From positions 1-40,393 of IMG/VR virus record IMGVR_UViG_3300020045_006075: a DNA stretch of 40,393 nucleotides, one strand, 5' to 3'. This document shows positions 1 to 8,633 of this stretch, piece after piece. Made by a program: the position numbers and the translations under genes. Under the pieces are notes generated by a model, which did no database searches, had not been told where the DNA came from, and saw only the letters and a program-made list of their open reading frames with translations. The DNA is from a virus (lineage: Duplodnaviria; Caudoviricetes). Position 1 is the first letter of the stretch; every line of letters begins with the position of its first letter.

Positions 1-11
1 GGTGTTAACTA

Positions 12-122
12 TTAAATTTTGCCAGTACCTTTGCATTTAGGACAGATTTTTTCTTCAACTAAACCTGAACCCTTGCAAATAGGACAGATGTCTAACTTTT
101 TAACTTCTTTTTTCTTTGCCAT
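12..122 (-). CDS. 36-aa DnaJ-type zinc-finger miniprotein (not in ORF track)
   Basis: Hand translation MAKKKEVKKLDICPICKGSGLVEEKICPKCKGTGKI*, with two CxxCxGxG motifs. Confidence 0.8.
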   Translation of the reverse strand: MAKKKEVKKLDICPICKGSGLVEEKICPKCKGTGKI

Positions 123-142
123 AACTTTGTTTAATTTATAAC

Positions 143-180
143 GGTTGCTCTAGGGCAGTTTCCCGCCCTAGAGTTGAACC
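143..180 (-). terminator. Strong hairpin after the major capsid gene (stabiliser or atypical terminator)
   Basis: CTCTAGGGC-GGGAAACT-GCCCTAGAG (148-173) with an outer GGTT/AACC pair. No U-tract follows. Confidence 0.6.
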
Positions 181-191
181 ATAGCTTAAAC

Positions 192-1244
192 TTAAGCTGA
201 AGTTATTCCAGTCAAGACACCATTAAGTCTTGGATTTTTACCCACTAGTTGTCCTAGGAGCAAAATTTGTCCAATTTCGGCATATTGATTGACTGGGTCT
301 TTCAAACCAGTCCAAGCAAAGCCAAATGACTTTGGAACTCCTGGACCGTCATATTCATTTCCTTCGTGGAACTTAGCACTCAAATCAATGTTGTTGTATT
401 TGTGTGATTTCAAACCATACCATTGGATAGAGGGTTCATTTAACATATACAAATATTGAGCAGTACATTTCTCATCTTTAACGATTGGCATACCTCTAAA
501 GTATAGAGCGTCATAACCAACTTCACCTCTTAATGCACCTTGGGAAGCAACGACTCCGAAACGAGTTACTTGTGGGTAACCCATAGCGTCATAGTTAGCT
601 CTCACAGTTGGAGCATAAAGGCTTTCAATTAAAGACCAAACGGTTTCATTACAGATACCAAGGGTTGGTTTATGTTGACCAACTTGACAAGAGTCATAAA
701 GAGTTCTCATCTTAGCAAGAGTAATTGAACCACCTGATGCTGTTTTAGTAGCAGCAAGTCCAGTATAAGTGGAACGAGCAACACCACCGTAAGTAGCAAC
801 AGTATTTCCATCGTCAACGATGTCTGGTAAGCCTAAGAAAGCTTTACCTGCTTGGGCGGTGTAGAACAAAGTTCCAACACTATCAAGCATATCTTCCATA
901 GCACTTTCCATTTCAGTTTTAACTAGGTCAAGAACTTGTGCTGGGGTTTGATTTACATCAATTTCCATACCGTTCATAGTAACTGATTGGTAATAACCAG
1001 TTGGGTTGAACGACATTTTGGCACGAGTATTAACTTTAGTGGTTGTAAAAGTATCAAAACCATCAAAAGCACCACCAGAGGTAGATTTTTGATATTTGAA
1101 AGGAACTTTTAGAGTTTCACCACTCCAAGGTTTACCATTTGAAAGGAAACGAAGTGATACAACGTTACCTGACAAGACGGTATCAACAATCTTAGGGACG
1201 ATTTCGTCCTGTGTGATTGTTTGTATATAATCATCAAATGTCAT
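192..1244 (-). CDS. Major capsid protein (HK97 fold, podovirus type)
   Basis: 350 aa directly after a scaffold-like gene. Capsid-like segments include IVPKIVD..L, GLPDIVD...YGGVARSTY, K..LYDSCQVG..KP and F.GMPIV.D. Confidence 0.9.
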   Translation of the reverse strand: MTFDDYIQTITQDEIVPKIVDTVLSGNVVSLRFLSNGKPWSGETLKVPFKYQKSTSGGAFDGFDTFTTTKVNTRAKMSFNPTGYYQSVTMNGMEIDVNQTPAQVLDLVKTEMESAMEDMLDSVGTLFYTAQAGKAFLGLPDIVDDGNTVATYGGVARSTYTGLAATKTASGGSITLAKMRTLYDSCQVGQHKPTLGICNETVWSLIESLYAPTVRANYDAMGYPQVTRFGVVASQGALRGEVGYDALYFRGMPIVKDEKCTAQYLYMLNEPSIQWYGLKSHKYNNIDLSAKFHEGNEYDGPGVPKSFGFAWTGLKDPVNQYAEIGQILLLGQLVGKNPRLNGVLTGITSA

Positions 1245-1266
1245 TTTTGTTAATTTAAAATATTAA

Positions 1267-1992
1267 TTACTTGTCAAACTTAGAAGCAGCATTTGAGATA
1301 AGAGTGTCAACGCTTTCGTGTTTCCACCTACCGTAATTTGTTTTTTCACCAGTCTTTGAACTTCCGCTTGAACCTCCTGGTCTTACTTTAGAATTAGCGT
1401 CTTTCCTATCCTCTATCTTTTTATCCCACACACCTTCTTTTTTCATCATACGAACAGCAACCGCTAATGGAACATAATCGCCACTTTCCTCGGACTCTTT
1501 GATAGCGTATTTGATTACTCTATTCTCTTGGTCTTTAGAAGTGATTATGTCCTTTTCCCATAAGTCATCTATTTCTCGGTTAACCTTTTCTTCAACTTGT
1601 TTTTCTTCATTTTTCAATTCATTTTTCACACTGCTTACAAATTGAGTTTTCATCTCAGGGTTTTCTAATAAAACTTTAAGGAACTGCTTTGGCAATTCAT
1701 CAAAAACTTCGTCCCAACTTTGGGCATTTTTGATACGATTATCCCAAACACCCTTTGGGGTTTCAGTCGGTTTTTTGGTTAAAGTTTCAAACTTCCCTTT
1801 CAGGTCGTTCAATTCTTCTTCTAGTTTTTGAGCTTTGCGACTAGTAGCTTCTAATCTTCGGTATGGGACTGTTTGCTTGTCCTTCCAATCGTCAGACTTT
1901 TCTTTATCATCACCGTTTTCCTCTTTTTCTTCTTCGGATTTGTCATTAAAATCTAAATTAAGGTCTTTGTCATCAACATTTTCATTTAGCAT
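1267..1992 (-). CDS. Scaffolding protein
   Basis: Acidic N-terminus, VPY.R motif followed by coiled coil, position immediately upstream of the capsid gene. Confidence 0.8.
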   Translation of the reverse strand: MLNENVDDKDLNLDFNDKSEEEKEENGDDKEKSDDWKDKQTVPYRRLEATSRKAQKLEEELNDLKGKFETLTKKPTETPKGVWDNRIKNAQSWDEVFDELPKQFLKVLLENPEMKTQFVSSVKNELKNEEKQVEEKVNREIDDLWEKDIITSKDQENRVIKYAIKESEESGDYVPLAVAVRMMKKEGVWDKKIEDRKDANSKVRPGGSSGSSKTGEKTNYGRWKHESVDTLISNAASKFDK

Positions 1993-2031
1993 ATTCTCTA
2001 CTCCTGTGACGGTGGAGCACCGTTTGAGAAT
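1993..2031 (-). promoter_or_regulatory. Structured leader (possible pseudoknot) over the scaffold gene Shine-Dalgarno
   Basis: ACGGT/ACCGT stem whose GCTCC loop is complementary to the downstream GGAGT SD, plus an outer ATTCTC/GAGAAT pair. Confidence 0.55.
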
Positions 2032-2044
2032 TAATAATTAATTA

Positions 2045-2053
2045 ATTATACCA
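2045..2053 (-). promoter_or_regulatory. Extended -10 promoter (TGGTATAAT) upstream of scaffold-capsid
   Basis: Perfect TGnTATAAT in intergenic DNA. The same motif recurs at 2708, 6068, 20728 and 33237. Confidence 0.6.
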
Positions 2054-2269
2054 TTATTTCTTAGCCACCAGAGTTATCTGGGGAATACAACCGTTTCTGC
2101 CAACTATCATAACGGCATCTAATCCACAATTATATTTCGTGAGTAATTTAACCAATTCATCTTCACACTCCTTAGCTCTTTTGTCGGCTTCCTCTTTTTC
2201 CTTAACATCTTGTAAATGTTTTGCCACTTCGTCAGCAGCTTTGAGGTCAGATTTTTTTATTTCGTTCAT
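2054..2269 (-). CDS. Hypothetical protein
   Basis: 71-aa ORF in the head operon. Confidence 0.7.
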   Translation of the reverse strand: MNEIKKSDLKAADEVAKHLQDVKEKEEADKRAKECEDELVKLLTKYNCGLDAVMIVGRNGCIPQITLVAKK

Positions 2270-2278
2270 AATGCATTA

Positions 2279-2545
2279 TTAATTTCTAATTTTACTTTTA
2301 AGGATATCTAACCATTTTGATAATTCGGTTTGAACATTTTCTAATTGGGTTAATAGGTAATTGTTCTCGGCATTTTCACCACTAAAGTCGGATTGTTTTC
2401 CAACGGGTAACTTATTAGCCTTGTTATCGTCAGAAGTCGTTTCGGGGGTGTTAGTAGCGTGTTGTTCAGGCTTGGATAAGTACTTACTCTTTAAATAACC
2501 TAGGATTTGGTCAGAACTCACTTCATTGTCAACTTTGTTTTCCAT
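2279..2545 (-). CDS. Hypothetical protein
   Basis: 88-aa ORF with AAGGA upstream. Confidence 0.65.
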   Translation of the reverse strand: MENKVDNEVSSDQILGYLKSKYLSKPEQHATNTPETTSDDNKANKLPVGKQSDFSGENAENNYLLTQLENVQTELSKWLDILKSKIRN

Positions 2546-2681
2546 TTTCTTTTTCCTTATAAACTTCGCATTTATTAACTGCGTCTATTATCTCTTGGAC
2601 TTGGACATAGGATAAACCAGTCATCAGAACTAGGGCATTAACAATTTTGTTAAGCAGTTCTATTGGAACTATTTTTTTCAT
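2529..2681 (-). CDS. 50-aa hypothetical protein (not in ORF track)
   Basis: MKKIVPIELLNKIVNALVLMTGLSYVQVQEIIDAVNKCEVYKEKENGKQS*. Follows a promoter and the conserved leader motif. Confidence 0.7.
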   Translation of the reverse strand: MKKIVPIELLNKIVNALVLMTGLSYVQVQEIIDAVNKCEVYKEKENGKQS

Positions 2682-2707
2682 TTTGAGTCTAAACTTTTAA
2701 TTAACTA

Positions 2708-2716
2708 ATTATAGCA
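2708..2716 (-). promoter_or_regulatory. Extended -10 promoter (TGCTATAAT)
   Basis: Perfect TGnTATAAT directly after a stop codon. Confidence 0.55.
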
Positions 2717-2758
2717 TTATTTCTTTTTACCGCCTTTCTTTTTTCCACCGCAAGCCAT
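2717..2758 (-). CDS. 13-aa basic micropeptide MACGGKKKGGKKK
   Basis: Hand translation. Fills the intergenic gap exactly and has the A-rich leader typical of this genome. Confidence 0.55.
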   Translation of the reverse strand: MACGGKKKGGKKK

Positions 2759-2777
2759 ATTTTTATTTAATTATTAA

Positions 2778-3791
2778 CTATTCTATCCACCCTCTTAAAG
2801 TAACTTGACAATAAGAACCAGCAAGATTACTAACCGCACTAATCTTTAAATCTGCCGTAGCAGGAATAACGATTGGTATTTCAAAATCTCTATGAAAAGA
2901 ACTATCTTCGGTTATGATTTCAAAAAATGGTTGGAAGAAATTTATTTTTGTGGTTGGGGCAGTATCATCAACTTGAGCTCTACCAATCCATCTAACAACT
3001 TTTCCTGAAGTAGTAAAACCGCTTGATAATGCTATTGAAGTAATATAAAGAGTCTTGCCTAATGGAACAGTATAAGTTAATCCTCTACCCCGAGTAAAAC
3101 CTGCTGAAATTTGTCTAACAGTATTTGTTCCAACAACAGTTCTACAAATTATATCCCCCGCAGCTACTCCACCAGTTCCAACTTGGACAGCCCGAATTGA
3201 ATTAACTCGTAAAATAGTAGTATCTGTTAATGGTACAGGTGTACCTCCTGCCATATCTAGTGTTTGAGTTTGTTGAGAATAATCAGCATCAAGATAAGTT
3301 ATTTTTACCTTTTGAACCCCTGTACCAGTTAAAGTATCATTAGCAGCCCCCGCACCAGTAGATAAAACTTCAAGGGCGGTAGCAGTAGGTATCCAATAAT
3401 AAGTTCCACCTTGAGTAATAATATCTTCCTCGGTAGAACCGACATCACCGTTATAACCTAATTTAGAAAATGGAGTATGTCCTGCTACATTTCCCTCGGC
3501 TATGTCGTAAAGATATGGCATAGATGAAACTCTTGGCTTATTATTTATATGTTTAACCCCATAAGCTACACCTAATTCATCAACAAACTTAGATGATTGA
3601 TTTCCATTTGTTTGGTTAGCCGAAGTAGCAGCTCCAGTTGGTAAAACCGATGAACTAACAGCACTTTCAACCAAAGCTCTACCAGTTGTTGGGTCCATTA
3701 AAAGACTTCTAGTTTCACGATTGGCGTCATTGGTTTCCCCTTGGACTACTGGTTGCCAATTATCATCTCTTTTAGCATTGGTATTAGCCAT
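2778..3791 (-). CDS. Probable virion structural protein (beta-rich)
   Basis: Thr/Gly/Val-rich, lies between portal and scaffold, N-terminal KRDDNWQPV motif. Confidence 0.6.
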   Translation of the reverse strand: MANTNAKRDDNWQPVVQGETNDANRETRSLLMDPTTGRALVESAVSSSVLPTGAATSANQTNGNQSSKFVDELGVAYGVKHINNKPRVSSMPYLYDIAEGNVAGHTPFSKLGYNGDVGSTEEDIITQGGTYYWIPTATALEVLSTGAGAANDTLTGTGVQKVKITYLDADYSQQTQTLDMAGGTPVPLTDTTILRVNSIRAVQVGTGGVAAGDIICRTVVGTNTVRQISAGFTRGRGLTYTVPLGKTLYITSIALSSGFTTSGKVVRWIGRAQVDDTAPTTKINFFQPFFEIITEDSSFHRDFEIPIVIPATADLKISAVSNLAGSYCQVTLRGWIE

Positions 3792-3948
3792 AATATTTTT
3801 CTAGTTTTTCTAATAATAACTTAAATTCTTTATAAGCACTCTTTAAAGTGTTCTGCTTATCCTCTAAAACTTTCTCTCTTTTAGTTATTTCTTTTTCCCT
3901 TTCATCTAAAATATCAGATATTTGCTTTAGTTCTTTTAGATTTTTCAC
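3784..3948 (-). CDS. 54-aa coiled-coil protein (GTG start; not in ORF track)
   Basis: MKNLKELKQISDILDEREKEITKREKVLEDKQ...YYG*, overlapping the next start codon. Confidence 0.55.
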   Translation of the reverse strand: MKNLKELKQISDILDEREKEITKREKVLEDKQNTLKSAYKEFKLLLEKLEKYYG

Positions 3949-4039
3949 TTAGTCTTTTTAAAACTTTTAATTTAAGGTCATCTTTGTCAACAACCTTTTT
4001 AATCATTTTGTCTTTCATTTTTTCTATTCTTTCGTCCAT
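3914..4039 (-). CDS. 41-aa basic hypothetical protein (not in ORF track)
   Basis: MDERIEKMKDKMIKKVVDKDDLKLKVLKRLSEKSKRTKANI*, starting 5 nt after the portal stop. Confidence 0.5.
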   Translation of the reverse strand: MDERIEKMKDKMIKKVVDKDDLKLKVLKRLSEKSKRTKANI

Positions 4040-4043
4040 ATTA

Positions 4044-6026
4044 TTATTGAATAGGTAACTCCTCAGGTGCTTCGGTTGGGGCTTCTTCCATTGGTGCTTC
4101 CTCTGTCACTCCAGCTTTTTGTTGTTTAATAAAGGCAATTTCAGCTTTAACGTGGTTAAGGTAAAGTTGCTTTTGTCCGTCATCTAATTTATTGAACTCA
4201 TCACTATCCATATAAGCCGAGTGTCCTTGGATATGAGCTTGAGCTGTTTGTGGGTCTTGCAACTCACGATTAACAGGTGGTTCTTCACCATTTTGAATAG
4301 CTTCGGTGTCTTTAATCATACCCTCGGTGTAGTTCTCTTGTGGGCTTCCGCCTTGACCTGTAATAGCAGCAGCTAATTCTGGGAATAAAGTTTGAGGTGA
4401 TTGTTGCCATAGGAATAATCTCTTGGCTCTCATTTCAGGATTAGAATTATTTAATTCTTCATATAAAGACAATGGGTCAATTCCCCCAGCACCCCAAAGA
4501 TTAATTGCATTGTTCATACGACTAACATCATCGGTAGGTAAGGTTGAACCTCGTTTAACCATACAGATAGGTTTAACAAACTTGTAGGTTTCTTCATATT
4601 TCCCCCCTCGTAATTCGTTCTCTTTGTACTTATAAACCTTTGATAGTTCCGTAGTTAGTAAATCTCGGCTAATCGTTACATCGTCCTCTTGTTCAAGGGG
4701 AATTAAGTGGTCATCTTCATAGTGAATTATCATCATTTGTAAAGTCATATTGAAATAGTCCTCGCAGAAGTCCTCGTAAGATTTAACAAGGTCGTCAATT
4801 CGTCCATAGTCTTGTTGCTTTTCCATTACTGCTTCAGTGGCGGTATCTGATTGTGAACCCGCACCTCTAGTTGTAGAGTGAGTTCCCATTATGTTATCTA
4901 TTTCACTTTTAGTCATTACAAAGTCATCTTGAACATAACCTTGCATAGGATTTCCCGCAATTCTAGTAATAGCAGCTCTGGCGTCACCTTTTTCTACCCA
5001 AATCCTTTCTCTGGGAAGTCCTTTGATAGTGGCAAATTGGTCTTTAGATATAAAATCCCCCGAACCAATTAACGAACCATTAGCTTCCTCGGCGTTTTCG
5101 TTTATCTGTCGTTTTCGTTTATTGATAAGGTCTTGTAAAGGTATAGCTTGTTCTATTAAAGAAGTATCACCATATATTTCCTCATTGACATTAAAAGTCT
5201 TGAGAAAGATATAAGGCATCGTTGGTTTTTTAAGGATATTAAACTGTTCTGTAACAACTTCTCCCATTTCATCAACGGTTTCAGTTTCACCCCAATCCCA
5301 ATTTGGATTTTTTTGTTTGTCTAGGATAATGTTTCTATACTTCCAAACGGTGAATTCGGGAGTGTGGTATTCAATAAAGGTAAGAGTTCCACCTAAAAGT
5401 TTTTTATCGTTCTCGGTAGCTCCTACTGATTTTAATAATTCTTTCTTGTTCTTTGGGTAAATCTTAATAACTTCCTCTAGGGTTAAATCGTCAACTATTT
5501 GAGCCACGAACTTTCCCTTAGGGTCAACTATAACGTGGTCGTTCTTGACTGTTTCCCAGATAACTTCTTGCTCGTCATTATCGTATCGGCATTTCATTAC
5601 TCCTAAATACCAGAAAAAGTTCCTACGAATACTAATTCGGGATTTTTCTAACATCTTGTCAATTACTTCCCACTTCATCTTAAGTATCTTAGCCAGTTTC
5701 TCAGCAAATTTCTTATTAGGGTGGAATATTCTTGGCTCGGGGGTAGAGGAAGTAATAATAGGGATAATCGTTTCCGTATTTCTAAAGATAATGTTTTCAA
5801 CAATCCTAGTGTCTTGGTCAGAGCCGAGTTTTACCTTTTCTTCTCCCAAGTAATAAGCAAAATTCTTGTCGCCTTTCTCACTGGTTTTTTCTTTCCAAGT
5901 TTTCTTAGCTTCCTCTATATTCTTGTCAATTTCCGCCACTAAAATATCATCGTCAAGTTTAAGGGATAATATCGGCTTTAATTCTTCACTAACTTCTTCA
6001 AATGTATCGTTTTCTATAATGTCCAT
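4044..6026 (-). CDS. Portal protein (P22-like); likely start MDII at 6026
   Basis: About 660 aa downstream of terL. Podovirus-portal-like segments include ENIIF...ETIIP, YG..SLIE...PLQD.IN, DNIMG.....RG...TATE and V..GSTLP. Confidence 0.9.
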   Translation of the reverse strand: MDIIENDTFEEVSEELKPILSLKLDDDILVAEIDKNIEEAKKTWKEKTSEKGDKNFAYYLGEEKVKLGSDQDTRIVENIIFRNTETIIPIITSSTPEPRIFHPNKKFAEKLAKILKMKWEVIDKMLEKSRISIRRNFFWYLGVMKCRYDNDEQEVIWETVKNDHVIVDPKGKFVAQIVDDLTLEEVIKIYPKNKKELLKSVGATENDKKLLGGTLTFIEYHTPEFTVWKYRNIILDKQKNPNWDWGETETVDEMGEVVTEQFNILKKPTMPYIFLKTFNVNEEIYGDTSLIEQAIPLQDLINKRKRQINENAEEANGSLIGSGDFISKDQFATIKGLPRERIWVEKGDARAAITRIAGNPMQGYVQDDFVMTKSEIDNIMGTHSTTRGAGSQSDTATEAVMEKQQDYGRIDDLVKSYEDFCEDYFNMTLQMMIIHYEDDHLIPLEQEDDVTISRDLLTTELSKVYKYKENELRGGKYEETYKFVKPICMVKRGSTLPTDDVSRMNNAINLWGAGGIDPLSLYEELNNSNPEMRAKRLFLWQQSPQTLFPELAAAITGQGGSPQENYTEGMIKDTEAIQNGEEPPVNRELQDPQTAQAHIQGHSAYMDSDEFNKLDDGQKQLYLNHVKAEIAFIKQQKAGVTEEAPMEEAPTEAPEELPIQ

Positions 6027-6040
6027 AATAAAATAATTTA

Positions 6041-6076
6041 TAAAGGACATCAAAGTGTCTCTTTACTATTATATCA
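6041..6076 (-). promoter_or_regulatory. Extended -10 promoter (TGATATAAT, 6068-6076) and leader hairpin (6041-6065) for the portal gene
   Basis: TAAAG-A-GACA...TGTC-CTTTA stem between the promoter and the ATG at 6026. Confidence 0.55.
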
Positions 6077-6235
6077 TCTCTTGAACTTCTTAGTTTTTCC
6101 ACAATGTTTACACTTTATGTAAATATAGGTTTCATCGTAAAAGAATAAGGTTTTTCCACAAAAGCATTTCTCTTTATTGACCACACTCTCAATCTCTTTT
6201 TGAAGTTCTTTTATCTTATTCTGTATTTCACTCAT
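6074..6235 (-). CDS. Com-like zinc-ribbon protein, 53 aa (not in ORF track)
   Basis: MSEIQ...KCFCGKTLF...YIKCKHCGKTKKFKR*, a pattern like Mu Com (C..CGKxL...IKCxxC). Confidence 0.7.
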   Translation of the reverse strand: MSEIQNKIKELQKEIESVVNKEKCFCGKTLFFYDETYIYIKCKHCGKTKKFKR

Positions 6236-7559
6236 TGGGTTCTCCTACAAAATCTTTAATATTCACCGCTGGGACTTCCCCCGCTTCCCCTACAACAAAC
6301 GACTCTCTAGATAATTTCTCTCGGTCTTGAGTTATAAACATTTCGGCTTCAACCCTATTAGTGTGAGTGATTGCGAAGTATCTAATCATATCCATAGCGT
6401 CATCATTAACCTTGGAGGGAACTTCTCTCACTACTCCGTCAGAACTCTTATTCTCTATCCACCTGTAAGTTTCAAACTCATCAGCTATCCAAGCCAAATC
6501 TTTATTAAACATCAGGGTAGGTTTTCCTGTGTCGGCTCTAACCTTTAAAAGTTCTGCCACTCTAACTATTCCGTTCTTTACACTATCGGTTTCTTTATCT
6601 ACTCCGTCAAATCTCACTCCTAAATGAAAAAGTTGAGCTATGTTCATCGGTTGAGCTGAGTCGGCTACTGGTTTAATGATTTCTTTGCCTTTGTCTTTCT
6701 CTCTTACGATTTCGGCTATTTGGCTTTCAAATAACCCTGACTGATAGATACCGTCATATAAATAAATTTCGTCTTTTGTAGGGCTGATAGCAAAGTATCC
6801 TAAGGCTGACTTGTGGGCAAATCCAAAGTCTAAAGCTCGGGTAAAAGTCCAGTCTTGGGTAAACTTAAAACTTGGAATATCTACCATATGTATATCTCGG
6901 TTAAACTCTTTGTAGATTAATCCCGACATCTTTCTAAATTCTCCTAATACTTCTTGGGCAAATGAGTCCTCGTCCATTTCCCGTTTCATTAAATCTAACT
7001 CTTTCATATCAAGGAAAGGGTTATCGTAAGAAGTAAAGTGAAAAGAAGCCCAATCATCACTTCTAGTTTCGTATAGTTCTTTAAAGTGGTTAAATCCGTT
7101 CGGGGTTGAGATAAACCAAACCTTAGCCTTGCTATCTACGAGGGTAGGACGGATAACTTTCCAAACTTCACTCCAACGGGAAAAGAAAGCAGTTTCATCA
7201 AAGACACAGAAGTCTATTTTGACACCTCTTAAACTATCAGGATTATCGCCACCCTTTAATAGAAGTCTTGAATTGTTTACTAATTCAATAATCAATTCGT
7301 TTTCATTACATTTCTTTATAGCCTTATAGGGAACTATCTCTTTAAGCATTTGCCACATTATGGACTTGGATTGCTTATAGGTCGGGGAAATATACCAAAT
7401 ATCTGTATCGGGGTGTTCTACTGCAAAGTTCATCATTTCAAAAGAAACTAAAAAAGACTTTCCAGCTCTACGCCCACAGTTTATTACTTTATATCTATGT
7501 TCGTCTAGGGAAACTTTGCTTTGCCATTTGCTTAATCTAATTTCACTTATCTGTGTCAT
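6228..7559 (-). CDS. terL: Terminase large subunit
   Basis: Walker A GRRAGKS, Walker B VFDE, ISTPNG coupling motif, RNase H-like nuclease residues LDFG, ADSA and DDAMDMIRY. Confidence 0.97.
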   Translation of the reverse strand: MTQISEIRLSKWQSKVSLDEHRYKVINCGRRAGKSFLVSFEMMNFAVEHPDTDIWYISPTYKQSKSIMWQMLKEIVPYKAIKKCNENELIIELVNNSRLLLKGGDNPDSLRGVKIDFCVFDETAFFSRWSEVWKVIRPTLVDSKAKVWFISTPNGFNHFKELYETRSDDWASFHFTSYDNPFLDMKELDLMKREMDEDSFAQEVLGEFRKMSGLIYKEFNRDIHMVDIPSFKFTQDWTFTRALDFGFAHKSALGYFAISPTKDEIYLYDGIYQSGLFESQIAEIVREKDKGKEIIKPVADSAQPMNIAQLFHLGVRFDGVDKETDSVKNGIVRVAELLKVRADTGKPTLMFNKDLAWIADEFETYRWIENKSSDGVVREVPSKVNDDAMDMIRYFAITHTNRVEAEMFITQDREKLSRESFVVGEAGEVPAVNIKDFVGEPNE

Positions 7560-7908
7560 AGACTACCTTTATTAATCCTTTTAAGTCAGTTCCTTCCGCC
7601 CCTGTTAGTTCTGTCCTTTCCGCAAATTCAGATTTCTTTTTGCGAGATAGATACCATTGGGCGTGAATTGGATTATCAAGGTTCTTAAAAAGGGTAGCTT
7701 TTGCCTTTAATAGCGGGTTTTGTTTCAACTCCTCAATTTCCTCTATATATTCTGGGTGTTCTTTACAGTACTTATAAAAAGTTGATTGGGGAACTTTGGC
7801 GTAAGCACAGGCTTCAACGTTATCAAACCCTGTCAAAAATCCTTCCCTTAAAAGATTAAGAATTTCTGGAGTCACTTTGTTAGGTCGTCCTACTCTATTT
7901 TTTGTCAT
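7543..7908 (-). CDS. terS: Terminase small subunit
   Basis: N-terminal GRP.K plus HTH (AC.YA.V..STFY), overlapping terL. Confidence 0.85.
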   Translation of the reverse strand: MTKNRVGRPNKVTPEILNLLREGFLTGFDNVEACAYAKVPQSTFYKYCKEHPEYIEEIEELKQNPLLKAKATLFKNLDNPIHAQWYLSRKKKSEFAERTELTGAEGTDLKGLIKVVYDTDK

Positions 7909-7922
7909 AATTTATTTAATAA

Positions 7923-8633
7923 TTAAAACTTATTCCAATTAAATCTTATCTCACTTAATTGATGAGTTTTATTATAGATTATCTTACAAGCACTACCATA
8001 TCTTTTTTTCAGGATTTCGCATTGCTCTTTGATTAGGTCGGGTTGATTGTAAAGATAACTTGCTCCCCCGTCCATACTTTTCATCTTGTGAACAAACATA
8101 TATTTATACCAAGTAGCATTTGTTCTCCCACTCATTAGAAGTCTAGCCGAGATTTCGTAATCATTGAAAATTAAAAGGTTTTCCGAGTATCCGCCAACAC
8201 TCTTAATATCTTTGGCGTTCATAAATCCCATACACCAAACTGGTTGTTTTAGTTTTAGGTCTTTATGGTAATACCAGTTGTGTCCCGAAAAACTAACTCC
8301 TAATTGGCTGAACTTGTTCTTTCGTATCATTTCCTCTCCCTCTTTTAGGAACTCATCTACATTAAAAGGTTGATTGTCTTTTCTTTTCATACCAAATATA
8401 TCATCATCAGCAAATAAAAATATATCTTCACCGTTTTCAAGGGTGTACTCTACCATTGAGTTCATCATATAACCGAAACCACCGTTGTTTTTCTTTAATT
8501 GGACTATTTCTAAATTAGGTCTAGACTTTTTATACATCTCGTATTCCTGCGGTTCTACGAATAAAACTATATTAGGAATATATTTATCAATAGTAAAATT
8601 TAATCTATTTTTACTTCCGACTAGAACTTTCAT
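7923..8633 (-). CDS. GT-A fold glycosyltransferase resembling the TET/JBP-associated (TAGT/GREB1-like) family
   Basis: SKNR, FVEPQEY..Y, N.G....N, ADDD (DxD) and NDYE motifs, and a C-terminal GG. Confidence 0.75.
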   Translation of the reverse strand: MKVLVGSKNRLNFTIDKYIPNIVLFVEPQEYEMYKKSRPNLEIVQLKKNNGGFGYMMNSMVEYTLENGEDIFLFADDDIFGMKRKDNQPFNVDEFLKEGEEMIRKNKFSQLGVSFSGHNWYYHKDLKLKQPVWCMGFMNAKDIKSVGGYSENLLIFNDYEISARLLMSGRTNATWYKYMFVHKMKSMDGGASYLYNQPDLIKEQCEILKKRYGSACKIIYNKTHQLSEIRFNWNKF

